Source of the DNA: an uncultured cyanobacterium
GTDB taxonomy: Bacteria; Cyanobacteriota; Cyanobacteriia; PCC-9006; JAAUQQ01
Direction of reading: 5' to 3'
DNA: 64,000 nt
Assembly: GCA_963718615.1 (NCBI GenBank)
Contig: OY970368.1
Location: forward strand, 2,720,001 to 2,784,000
Part shown: one piece after another, positions 1-9,296 of the stretch
Numbering within the stretch: the stretch's first letter is position 1
How the letters are laid out: each line of letters begins with the position of its first letter
The notes under the pieces: generated by a model
The model's database searches: none
Told to the model about the DNA's origin: nothing
What the model saw: only the letters and a program-made list of their open reading frames with translations
Program-made: the position numbers and the translations under genes

Positions 1-2
1 TC

Positions 3-968
3 TATCTCTTGGGAAATTGGTGGCAGGGAGACCAAACAGGAATTCTCAAAATTGATCTAGATTCACTCGATTTAGTGGCCCGAGGTGAGGTGCCCGGTCG
101 CGCTTTAGATCAGTTTTCTGTCGATGAAGAAAACGGATTTTTGCGAGTCGCAACGACGGAAGGGTTTGGGACCAAGGCTACGAACAACCTGTATGTCTTG
201 GGCCAACAGGGTCAAACCTTAAAAACGGTGGGCCAAATTGACAACATTGCCCCAGGGGAAACGATTCGCTCGGCTCGACTCCAAGATGACTACGGATTCC
301 TCGTGACCTTCCAACAGGTAGATCCGTTTTTCGCTCTCGATCTGAGCAAACCTACGGCACCCAAAATTACCGGTGAAATCAAGCTTCCAGGATTCTCTGA
401 GTATCTACAGGTGATTGAAAACGAAGGCAGAACCCAAGTCCTGGGGGTCGGTCGCGACGCTGATGCCATGGGTCGAGCCAAGGGGCTGAAGCTATCGCTG
501 TTTGATGTGGAAAATCTATACGCGCCCAAAGAGGTGGATAGCTATTTGTTTGAGGGTCAATACAGCAGTTCCGAGGCGCAGTGGGATCCCCAGGCGGTTG
601 GCTATTTCGCCAGCTTCGACCGGTTAGCCATTCCCTTCCAAAATTCAGTGGGAGGCCAGGGACTTCGGGTCTTTGATGTGGATGCCCAGGATGGATTTAG
701 CGTGATTGGAGACATTAGCCATGGCAACCATAGTATCCGCCGCAGTTTGGTCATTGGCGATGACCTCTACGCGATTTCGGCGGAGCGGATTACCGTTCAT
801 GATATTCACACGCTGAAGCTGATGGATGAGGTGGTGTGGTCAGGCGCTAAGAGTGGGGGAAGCTCAATTTCCTTGGGTGGACCTGGGTTGTTAGGGGCAG
901 CGATCGCAACCCCCACAGCCACAACCCCCACAGCCACAACCCCAGCAGATGCATTGGCACTTTTTTAG
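3..968 (+). CDS. Beta-propeller domain-containing secreted-type protein, 5'-partial
   Basis: Frame open from the window edge. Motifs LDQFSVDE..GFLRVATT, VTFQQVDPFFALDL, GEIKLPGFSEYL and GLKLSLFDV are typical of the Beta_propel family. Confidence 0.85.
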   Translation, partial: YLLGNWWQGDQTGILKIDLDSLDLVARGEVPGRALDQFSVDEENGFLRVATTEGFGTKATNNLYVLGQQGQTLKTVGQIDNIAPGETIRSARLQDDYGFLVTFQQVDPFFALDLSKPTAPKITGEIKLPGFSEYLQVIENEGRTQVLGVGRDADAMGRAKGLKLSLFDVENLYAPKEVDSYLFEGQYSSSEAQWDPQAVGYFASFDRLAIPFQNSVGGQGLRVFDVDAQDGFSVIGDISHGNHSIRRSLVIGDDLYAISAERITVHDIHTLKLMDEVVWSGAKSGGSSISLGGPGLLGAAIATPTATTPTATTPADALALF

Positions 969-987
969 GGGGCCTTTTCAAAGGGGT

Positions 988-2130
988 CTAGGCCAATGCT
1001 TGACCGGGCCACAGCAATCCCGAGGGCTGTTGCTGCGTTGCACAATGGAACGAGCCGCCGCCTGTAATCAGCCCTTGGGAAGGAATCCCGATCACCTCCC
1101 GAGGGGTGATGTCTAGCCCCTGAGGATTGCGCCAGTACCCTCGCAAAATCTCCAAGGCTTGCTCGTCATTTGGGTCATCATAGGTGGGTACCAATACCAC
1201 CCCGTTAGCGATATAAAAATTGGCATAGGTCAGCGGCAATCGTTCTCCCTGATACTCCATCCGTTTCTGGGGCAAGGGCAGCGGTATGACCGTTAAGCCC
1301 TGACCCTGCCGATCGCGATACTGCTGGAGCAATTCTAGGTTGGCTTGCAGGGGGGCAAAATTAGCATCCTCGGGAGCTTCGCAGAGGGAGGTGACAACGG
1401 TGCGATCGCCCACAAATCGCGTGATCGTATCAATATGACCATCCGTGTGGTCCCCCTCTAGCCCCTGCTCTAGCCAAAGGACCTCATGAATCCCCAAATA
1501 GTCTCGCAAATAGGCTTCGAGATCGGCCTGGGAGCATTGCGGATTGCGCGAGGTCGCCTGCAAGCATTGGCGGGTGGTGAGACAAAGCCCTTGGCCATTG
1601 ACCTCCAGCGCGCCTCCCTCCATAACGATGCCGGGATGAAAGAGTTGCAGACTGAGTAAGTCCGCCAGATGTTGGGGAATTTGATTATCGATCTCCGCCG
1701 GAAAGCGATTGCCCCAGGCATTAAAGATCCAATTCACCGCAGCGACTTGTTGGGCCGCATTCTTAACAAAAATGGGTCCACTGTCCCGCAGCCATAAATC
1801 GTGATTGGGGATCAGATGAAAGGCGATCGCCCCCGACTGCTGCGCTGCCTCAGAGAGAAACTTTTGGGCATTGGCCAAGATGGCTTCATCATGGACCAAA
1901 ACCCGCACCGGTTCAAACTCCGCCAAGCGATTCAAAAACAGGGCGAACTCGCTTCTCGCCAAATCTAAACCTGCTCCAAACCAATCATCCGCATCCCGAG
2001 GCCAGACGGTCCAGGTGGCTGCATGGGGATGCCATTCAGCGGGCTGAGCGAATCCTAGCTGGAGCGGTGTTGGGGGCAACGAAGGGGCGGCAGGGTAGGG
2101 CAAGGCGGTCATAACAAACGGAGAATTCAA
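988..2130 (-). CDS. Agmatine deiminase / peptidylarginine deiminase family protein
   Basis: PAEWHPH, DLWLRDSGP, MEGGALEVNGQG, DHTDGHID, TYANFY and GGGSFHCATQQQP motifs. The true start may be slightly downstream. Confidence 0.92.
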   Translation of the reverse strand: MNSPFVMTALPYPAAPSLPPTPLQLGFAQPAEWHPHAATWTVWPRDADDWFGAGLDLARSEFALFLNRLAEFEPVRVLVHDEAILANAQKFLSEAAQQSGAIAFHLIPNHDLWLRDSGPIFVKNAAQQVAAVNWIFNAWGNRFPAEIDNQIPQHLADLLSLQLFHPGIVMEGGALEVNGQGLCLTTRQCLQATSRNPQCSQADLEAYLRDYLGIHEVLWLEQGLEGDHTDGHIDTITRFVGDRTVVTSLCEAPEDANFAPLQANLELLQQYRDRQGQGLTVIPLPLPQKRMEYQGERLPLTYANFYIANGVVLVPTYDDPNDEQALEILRGYWRNPQGLDITPREVIGIPSQGLITGGGSFHCATQQQPSGLLWPGQALA

Positions 2131-2235
2131 ACCAATCGATTATGACAGCTCAGGAATCGGCTGATGCCTGTCCTGATTTTTGTCTTCTGGGTTAGAAATA
2201 GAAAGAAAGTTAGATTCGCTCAGGGGTCTTTATCC

Positions 2236-5200
2236 ATGGCTGTGATTACGATTCGGGAAAAGGCAACCACGGATTCTGATTTTACGGCGGTGGTGAGTTT
2301 TGATGGTCAGGTCGAGTACCCGGTCTCAATCAGCGATCCGTTTGCGGAACGGCCCAATCAGGAAAAGGAGCTGGAGTGGTATTTCGAGGGCTGGCTGCGG
2401 ATGCCGATGCTGGATACCACCATTGCGGAGCGGGCTGCGGCGAGCGTTGCGACCTATGGGGAACGTTTGTTCCAGCAGGTTTTCAAGGCGAATGCGGATG
2501 CCTATGCGGACTACCGAGGGTTGCGCAATCAGCTCAGCCAAGTTCAAATCGAGATTCAGGGCAGTTCTCCGGCGTTTCAGGCGTTGCATTGGGAGGCGCT
2601 GAAGGATCCGGATTTGCCGCGCCCGTTTGTGGTGGATGCGGTGATGTTGCGCAAGGATGTGCGGCCCAAGAGCAGCCGGGTGACGATGCAGCCGTCGCCG
2701 GTGATTAATTTGCTGGTGGTGACGGCGCGGCCCGATGAAGAAAAGGATGTGGGCTACCGGACGATTTCTCGGCCCCTGATCGAGGCGATTCAGCAGGCAC
2801 AACTACGGGTGAATGTTGAGCTGCTGCGTCCGGCGACGTTCCGGGCGCTGAGTGAGCATTTGCAGGAAAAGGGCGAGGGGTTTTATCACATTGTCCATTT
2901 TGATGCCCATGGCGGGTTGATGACCCACGGGCAGTTTCAGCAAGGGGTGGAGCGGAACCGCTATCTCTATCAGGCGCGCTATGGCCGCAGCGATCTGCAA
3001 CCCTATGAGGGGGTGAAGGCGTTTTTGTTTTTGGAAGGGGATAAGGCGGGGGAGGCGGACCCGGTGGAGGCGTCGGAATTGGCGGAGCTGCTGACGGGTA
3101 AGGGCGTGCCGGTTTGTATTCTGAATGCCTGCCAGTCTGCCAAGCAGGAGGGGCCGGTGGAGACCAGTCTGGGCAGTCGGCTGATGGCGGCGGGGATGCA
3201 GATGGTGGTGGCGATGGGTTATTCGGTGACGGTGACGGCGGCGCAGATTTTGATGGAGAAGCTGTACGCCAAACTGTTTGAACAGAAGGGGATGGCGGAG
3301 GCGATGCGGCTGGGGCGGCTGGAGCTGTATAACCGCAAGGAGCGGCGGGCCTATTTTAATCAGATGATTGATCTGGAGGATTGGCTGTTGCCGGTGGTTT
3401 ATCAGAACCGGACGGTGGAGCTGAATCTGCGGGAGTTTTCGCCCCAGGAGGAGAATGCCTATTACGAGGCGCTGGGGCGTCAGTTTCAGTTTGGCGTGAA
3501 TTTTAAGGGAGCGACCTATGGGTTTGTGGGTCGGGATTTGGAGATTCTCAAGATTGAGCGGGCGCTGCTGCGGCACAATGTTTTGCTGCTGCGGGGCATG
3601 GGCGGAACGGGGAAGACGACGCTGCTGAATTATCTGCGGGAGTGGTGGCAGGGGACGCGGTTTGCCCAGGAGATTTTCTATTTTGGCTATGACGAGAAGG
3701 CATTTACGCTGGAGCAGATTGTCTTTGCCATGGGTCAGCAGATCTACAGCCCAGCGGATATGTTGTCGTTTCAGGCGATGGGGCTGGTGGCGCAGGTGGC
3801 GAAGCTGAGTGCGAAGCTGAAGGCAGAGCCGTTTGTGTTGATGTTGGATAATTTGGAGTCGGTGACGGGGCAGGCGTTGGCGATTCAGAATACGTTGCCG
3901 CTGGCGGAGCAGGAGAAGATTCGGGATTTTCTGGCGCGGCTGGTGGGGGGCAAGACGCGGGTGCTGTTGGGCTCGCGCAGTCCGGAGGATTGGCTGAAGA
4001 CGGTGTATGGCGAGAATGTCTATCCGTTGCGCGGGTTGGATCAGGAGTCGCGGACAGTGTTGGCGGAGAAGATTTTGGCGCGGCAGGTGAAGGATGGGGG
4101 GCGGATTGAGCAGATTCGGGTGGATGCGGAGTTTGGGCGGTTGATGACGCTGTTGGCGGGGTATCCGTTGGCGATGGAGGTGGTGTTGGCGAATTTGGCG
4201 CGGCAGTCGCCTGCTGAGGTGTTGGCGGGGTTGGATGGGGCGGATGTGGATTTGGATGGGGGGAGCGGAGCGGGGGCGGCGGCTGGGGGGCAGGACAAAA
4301 CAACCAGCATTTTGAAATGTGTGGAGTATTCTCACAGTAATTTGTCGCCGGAGGCGCAGCGGTTGCTGTTGTGTTTAGCTCCGTTTCGGGGGTTTATTTT
4401 TCGGGATGCTTTGCCGCAATATGCTGCGCAGTTGAAGCAATTGGATGCGTTTTCGGATTGGGATTTTGGGCTGCTGGAGGGGGCGGTGCAGGAGGCGATG
4501 GATTGGGGGTTGCTGTCGCCGATTTCTGAGGAAACAGATCGGTTGTTGCGGATTCAGCCGGTGTTTCCCTATTTTTTGCGGACGAAGCTGCGGGAGCTGG
4601 ATGAAGAGGTTCAGGCGGCGCTGCGGGAGGGGTTTAAGAATCACTGTCGGGGGTTGGCGCAGTCTTATTTTCAGTTAATGACTTCGAAGGAGGCACAGGA
4701 GCGGCAGCTTGGGATTTTCTTCTGTCGGTTGGAGTATGAGAACTTGTATGCCGCATTGGAAACTTGTCTAACGCAGCAGGAAGAATTTTCGATTTTTCGC
4801 TGTCTCGATCAGTTTTTAGATCTTTCCGGTGATGTTCAATCGCGATTGGTGCTGTGCCAGCTCGTTTGTGAACAGGCTGGAAACTATCCCGCCGAGCAAT
4901 GCCTGGGTGAACGGGCAACTGATATCGCTGAAGCCTTATTGAAATTGGGAAATTGTTATTACAAAGCCCAGCAATACGAAACTGCTCAAGAAGCGTATCA
5001 GCAAAGTATTGAAATCCTGAAGCAATCCGGCAATCGCCAAGACTCAGCCACGGTCTACCACCAGTTGGGAATCGTCGCCCAGCAATTGCGCGAGTATGAG
5101 GAAGCCCGCCGCAACTATCAGCAGGCGCTGGAAATCTTTGTTGAATTTGGCGATCGCTACTCCCAAGCCAGCACCTACGGCCAGTTGGGAACAGTTGCTC

Positions 5201-5994
5201 TGGAATTGCGCGAGTATGACGAAGCCCGCCGCAACTATCAGCAGGCCCTCGAAATCTTTGTCGAATTTGGCGATCGCTACACCCAAGCCCGCACCTACCA
5301 CCAGTTGGGAAGGGTCGCCGAGGAATTGCGCGAGTATGACGAAGCCCGCCGCAACTATCAGCAGGCCCTCGAAATCTTTGTCGAATTTGGCGATCGCTAC
5401 ACCCAAGCCAGCACCTACCACCAGTTGGGAATCGTCGCCGAGGCATTGCGCGAGTATGACGAAGCCCGCCGCAACTATCAGCAGGCCCTCGAAATCAAAG
5501 TCGAATTTGGCGATCGCTACACCCAAGCCAGCACCTACCACCAGTTGGGAAGCGTCGCCCAGAAATTGCGCGAGTATGACGAAGCCCGCCGCAACTATCA
5601 GCAGGCCCTCGAAATCAAAGTCGAATTTGGCGATCGCTACGAGCAAGCCAGCACCTACGGTCAGCTCGGCCTCCTAGCTGCAGCCCAAGAAAACTACACC
5701 GAAGCCGGTCGCGCTCTGCTCCAAGCCCTAGAAATCTTCGCTGAATTTAACGATCAACATTCAGTTGCCCAGACCATTCAAAACCTCAACCGCCTCTACC
5801 AAACCACCCAAGACGCAACCCTCCTCACCGCCGCCGCCCAACTCCTCAACACCACCCCAGACGAACTCAAAGCCGCCCCGACGCCTTCCGCACAAACCAT
5901 CCTCACCCGCACCCAAGGCAGCTGGGGCCAGAAAACTCGTGAGGAAATCGACGCTCAAATTGCACAACAGCGGCAACAGGACTGGGGAGAATAA
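2236..5994 (+). CDS. CHAT protease - P-loop NTPase (STAND/NB-ARC-like) - TPR repeat protein (NLR-like)
   Basis: CHAT His/Cys motifs HFDAHG and LNACQS, Walker A GMGGTGKTT, Walker B LMLDNLE, GYPLAM motif and C-terminal 40-aa TPRs. ATG 2236 preferred over 2164. Confidence 0.9.
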   Translation: MAVITIREKATTDSDFTAVVSFDGQVEYPVSISDPFAERPNQEKELEWYFEGWLRMPMLDTTIAERAAASVATYGERLFQQVFKANADAYADYRGLRNQLSQVQIEIQGSSPAFQALHWEALKDPDLPRPFVVDAVMLRKDVRPKSSRVTMQPSPVINLLVVTARPDEEKDVGYRTISRPLIEAIQQAQLRVNVELLRPATFRALSEHLQEKGEGFYHIVHFDAHGGLMTHGQFQQGVERNRYLYQARYGRSDLQPYEGVKAFLFLEGDKAGEADPVEASELAELLTGKGVPVCILNACQSAKQEGPVETSLGSRLMAAGMQMVVAMGYSVTVTAAQILMEKLYAKLFEQKGMAEAMRLGRLELYNRKERRAYFNQMIDLEDWLLPVVYQNRTVELNLREFSPQEENAYYEALGRQFQFGVNFKGATYGFVGRDLEILKIERALLRHNVLLLRGMGGTGKTTLLNYLREWWQGTRFAQEIFYFGYDEKAFTLEQIVFAMGQQIYSPADMLSFQAMGLVAQVAKLSAKLKAEPFVLMLDNLESVTGQALAIQNTLPLAEQEKIRDFLARLVGGKTRVLLGSRSPEDWLKTVYGENVYPLRGLDQESRTVLAEKILARQVKDGGRIEQIRVDAEFGRLMTLLAGYPLAMEVVLANLARQSPAEVLAGLDGADVDLDGGSGAGAAAGGQDKTTSILKCVEYSHSNLSPEAQRLLLCLAPFRGFIFRDALPQYAAQLKQLDAFSDWDFGLLEGAVQEAMDWGLLSPISEETDRLLRIQPVFPYFLRTKLRELDEEVQAALREGFKNHCRGLAQSYFQLMTSKEAQERQLGIFFCRLEYENLYAALETCLTQQEEFSIFRCLDQFLDLSGDVQSRLVLCQLVCEQAGNYPAEQCLGERATDIAEALLKLGNCYYKAQQYETAQEAYQQSIEILKQSGNRQDSATVYHQLGIVAQQLREYEEARRNYQQALEIFVEFGDRYSQASTYGQLGTVALELREYDEARRNYQQALEIFVEFGDRYTQARTYHQLGRVAEELREYDEARRNYQQALEIFVEFGDRYTQASTYHQLGIVAEALREYDEARRNYQQALEIKVEFGDRYTQASTYHQLGSVAQKLREYDEARRNYQQALEIKVEFGDRYEQASTYGQLGLLAAAQENYTEAGRALLQALEIFAEFNDQHSVAQTIQNLNRLYQTTQDATLLTAAAQLLNTTPDELKAAPTPSAQTILTRTQGSWGQKTREEIDAQIAQQRQQDWGE
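5045..5680 (+). repeat. About five near-identical 120-bp TPR-coding tandem repeats
   Basis: GAAGCCCGCCGCAACTATCAGCAGG recurs at 5101, 5221, 5341, 5461 and 5581. Confidence 0.95.
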
Positions 5995-6000
5995 AGCCCG

Positions 6001-6144
6001 ATGAAATATCTGTTCGACAGCAATATCCTGATCTATCACCTCAACGGACAGCTCAATCAGCGGGGAATTGACCTCGCAGCCCATGCCCTCGGCAATCCGC
6101 ACCGCCTCCAAACTCGCCAATTGAAGCGTTGTAGCCAAAGTTGA
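6001..6144 (+). pseudogene. Truncated PIN-domain (VapC-like) toxin remnant
   Basis: ATG after a GGGGAGA RBS gives MKYLFDSNILIYHLN, the canonical PIN N-terminus. It stops after 47 codons inside the convergent Hsp20 gene. Confidence 0.65.
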
Positions 6145-6599
6145 AGCCGTTTTATGAGGCGATCGCGCCCCATCTTTTTCGACCCCTGCTTATATAACGT
6201 CAGCCACAACCCCTCCGCTTCAGTATCCATCCAGATCTGGTCCCCATCCACCGCACAGGGTAAAGGCACCACCCGTCGAAAGCGGCTATAGCAAAAGCCC
6301 CGTCCCGGCAAAATCCCCAGACTTTGGATGAGTCGTCGCTGTTCACCGGTCAAAACCACGCTATCTGATAAAACCTCGACCTGAACAGCCTCAGGGTTTA
6401 CACCGGGCAATTGGAAAAAAATAATCACCCTATCTGGGGTTTCGCTCCACTCAATGCCTGCCAACGCCTCGACCTGACTGACACAGTTTCCGCCCTGAAG
6501 GGAATGGAGCGTCCGAAAGACTTGATTGAGCGGTTGACCCATGATGTCATCCCAGACCATTCCCCTTTGCCAGCGATTAAACCCCATACCCACCTCCAT
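6057..6599 (-). CDS. Hsp20/alpha-crystallin family protein (divergent)
   Basis: ETPDRVIIFFQLPGVNPEAVQVEV...LTGE...YSRFRRVVPLP...GLWLTLYK alpha-crystallin pattern. Confidence 0.75.
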   Translation of the reverse strand: MEVGMGFNRWQRGMVWDDIMGQPLNQVFRTLHSLQGGNCVSQVEALAGIEWSETPDRVIIFFQLPGVNPEAVQVEVLSDSVVLTGEQRRLIQSLGILPGRGFCYSRFRRVVPLPCAVDGDQIWMDTEAEGLWLTLYKQGSKKMGRDRLIKRLQLWLQRFNWRVWRRCGLPRAWAARSIPR

Positions 6600-6976
6600 C
6601 CCAGCTTGCGCCAGGTTTGCTGCTCCTATGGTGCTGGATCGGCGGGAAATCGAGGGTAGGGAAGCCCTACCTGGGGCGATCGCTTTCCCCTACAAAGAGG
6701 AAGTTTGAAGGGATTCTGCGGTCCATCAATCGGCAAATAAATCAGAGAACAAATCAGAGAAAAATCGGTACTTGAATCAACACTTAAAGCAACGCTTGAA
6801 AGCCTTCAAAAATCTTCTTTGCCGAATAAACCTACCATCAAGCTGGTTTGGATTTATCGCAAAGTTATCAATGGACGAACTACTCCGAATATATACTGAA
6901 GCAGAGTTGGCAGTAGGGTGCTGTAAGAGAAGAGGCATAGGGTTGCACTATTCTGTACAATTTGGCGAAAAGATTC

Positions 6977-7663
6977 ATGACGACTCAAATTCTCACCCGT
7001 TTTGTTGATGAGAAAAATGGGACTTCCCTCTCGACTGAGCTACGCAGAAAGCGTTTTGAGCGATTTCGAACCCTCTTTGAGAGCTTACCAAAAATAGAAA
7101 ATAAACCGATTACGATTCTTGATGTAGGGGGACGAGTCACGACTTGGGAACGGGCTGGTTTTAGTCAGTATTCAAGTCAGCAAATTCAGATTACTATTCT
7201 CAATACAGAATCCGTTGTATCTCGTTACCCTCATATTCAGGTCATTTCTGGCGATGCTCGCCACATGCCAGAGTTTGCAAATCAGTCCTTCGATGTCGTG
7301 TTTTCTAACTCCGTGATTGAACATGTCGGGGATTTTGCCGATCAAACCCGAATGGCGGAGGAGATTCGGCGAGTGGGCAAACGCTATTTTCTGCAAACTC
7401 CGAATCGCTACTTTCCCATCGAACCTCACTTTCTGTTTCCCGGTTTCCAGTTTTTGCCGATCGCGCTCAAAATTAAGCTCATTCAAAGTTTTAATCTAGG
7501 TTGGCGGCCTAAAACACCGGACTATGAAGCTGCCAGCGAACTTGCGCGCAGCGTTGAGCTTTTGAGCAAAGGCCAGCTTGCCAAGCTTTTTCCCGGTGCC
7601 AAGATTTATGCGGAAAAATTTGGAGGTTTGAATAAGTCCTACATGGTCTGTGGCGGCTGGTAA
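6977..7663 (+). CDS. Class I SAM-dependent methyltransferase
   Basis: ILDVGG motif I, FDVVFSNSVIEHVG and QTPNRYFPIEPH motifs. Confidence 0.85.
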   Translation: MTTQILTRFVDEKNGTSLSTELRRKRFERFRTLFESLPKIENKPITILDVGGRVTTWERAGFSQYSSQQIQITILNTESVVSRYPHIQVISGDARHMPEFANQSFDVVFSNSVIEHVGDFADQTRMAEEIRRVGKRYFLQTPNRYFPIEPHFLFPGFQFLPIALKIKLIQSFNLGWRPKTPDYEAASELARSVELLSKGQLAKLFPGAKIYAEKFGGLNKSYMVCGGW

Positions 7664-7667
7664 AAAC

Positions 7668-8846
7668 TTAGGTCTGCGGTACAACACTGACCCGAGCAGC
7701 AGCCGCATTCGCTTTTTGGCGAGCCTCTGCTTCGGTCTTGCCCCTGGCTAAGGCAACCCCCATACGGCGATAGGGTCGGGCATCAGGTTTGCCAAAAATG
7801 CGGAGATCTACGCCCGGCTCTGCCAAGGCTTCCCCTAGGCCACTGTAAGCCACCGAGGACATTTCCTCCGTTGCTAAAATTACACTGCTGGCCGCAGGCC
7901 CGAACTGTTCAATGACCGGAATGGGTAACCCCAAAACCGCCCGCAGATGCAGCTCAAACTCATTCAGATTTTGGGAAATTAACGTCACCATACCCGTGTC
8001 ATGGGGACGGGGGGAAAGCTCTGAGAAAATGACCTCATCCTTGGTGATAAAAAATTCAACCCCAAAAATTCCGGCTCCCCCCAGGGCATCGGTGACCGAG
8101 CGGGCGATCGCCTGGGCCTCCTGTTCCTGGGCCAGACTCAAACCGCAGGGTTGCCAAGACTCTTGATAGTCTCCCCGCTCCTGGCGATGGCCAATGGCTG
8201 GACAAAACAGCGTCGGTCCTTGCCATTGGCGAATCGTCAACAGCGTAATCTCTAGCTCAAAGTCAATGAATTCTTCAACAATCACCTTCTGCGTATCCCC
8301 TCGAGCCCCCGCCACTGCGTAGTCCCAGGCGCGATCGCAATCTGCCGCCGTGGCCACGACCGATTGTCCTTTGCCTGAAGAGGACATCACGGGTTTGACT
8401 ACATTGGGGAAACCGATGGTCTCGCTCATGGTTTTGTAGGCTTCTCGGCTGGTGGCGTAGGCGTACCGGGCGGTTCGTAATCCCAACTCCTGGTGGGCTA
8501 GATCGCGGATGCGATCGCGATTCATCGTATAGTCCGTTGCCTTTGCCGTAGGAATCACCGTAATTCCCTGGGCCTCAAACTGCTGTAGCTTTTCCGTTCG
8601 AATCGCTTCCACCTCCGGAATAATATAGTCGGGCTGGTGCCGCTGTACCACCTGCTCTAGCGCTTCGCCATCGAGCATAGAGATAACTTCACAGGCATCC
8701 GCTACCTGCATGGCCGGAGCATTGGGGTAGCGATCGACAGCGATAACGGTTTGGCCCAAGCGCTGGGCTGCAATGACCACTTCTTTCCCTAACTCTCCAG
8801 AACCTAGCAGCATCAGTTTTTGGGGGAAGAGAGAAGGCATAGACAT
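7668..8846 (-). CDS. purT: Formate-dependent phosphoribosylglycinamide formyltransferase
   Basis: [39 protein letters not shown] and [12 protein letters not shown] motifs. Confidence 0.97.
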   Translation of the reverse strand: MSMPSLFPQKLMLLGSGELGKEVVIAAQRLGQTVIAVDRYPNAPAMQVADACEVISMLDGEALEQVVQRHQPDYIIPEVEAIRTEKLQQFEAQGITVIPTAKATDYTMNRDRIRDLAHQELGLRTARYAYATSREAYKTMSETIGFPNVVKPVMSSSGKGQSVVATAADCDRAWDYAVAGARGDTQKVIVEEFIDFELEITLLTIRQWQGPTLFCPAIGHRQERGDYQESWQPCGLSLAQEQEAQAIARSVTDALGGAGIFGVEFFITKDEVIFSELSPRPHDTGMVTLISQNLNEFELHLRAVLGLPIPVIEQFGPAASSVILATEEMSSVAYSGLGEALAEPGVDLRIFGKPDARPYRRMGVALARGKTEAEARQKANAAAARVSVVPQT

Positions 8847-9296
8847 AAATCAAATTCAAAGAAATTAGCGGTCTCATTTATTATCCGATGCCTGAGTTTT
8901 TTTGCCAATTAAGTGTAATTAGTCAAACTCTGACAAGTCGTAATCTCACTGACTCGACAGACGCGATTGAGAGTGAAGCATGAAATATTCATCCGATAGA
9001 GAAATCGATCAATTTAGATTGAAAGAACAGCAATTCTGAAATTCATGTAGGGAAGAATTGATATATTTACCAAAAACATTCTTCTTCACTGAAGCTCAGA
9101 TCAGATCACTGTAAATTCGATACAAAAATAAAATTAGATCATGACTTTAAAGATTACATATAGATCATTCAATCCTCTGGGTTTTCTAGGAAGTTCATGG
9201 GAAAAGTTAAAGGATAATCCTGCAAAAATTCTGCAAAAAACCTGCCGAACGTCCATAAGCTCCGACTCCTACTGATATTCATATTCTTGTAAAATT

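Noticed and set aside
2300-5677. Long antisense and alternative-frame ORFs (e.g. 2803-4335, 5044-5646)
   Set aside because: Shadows caused by extreme strand skew and repeats within the real gene.
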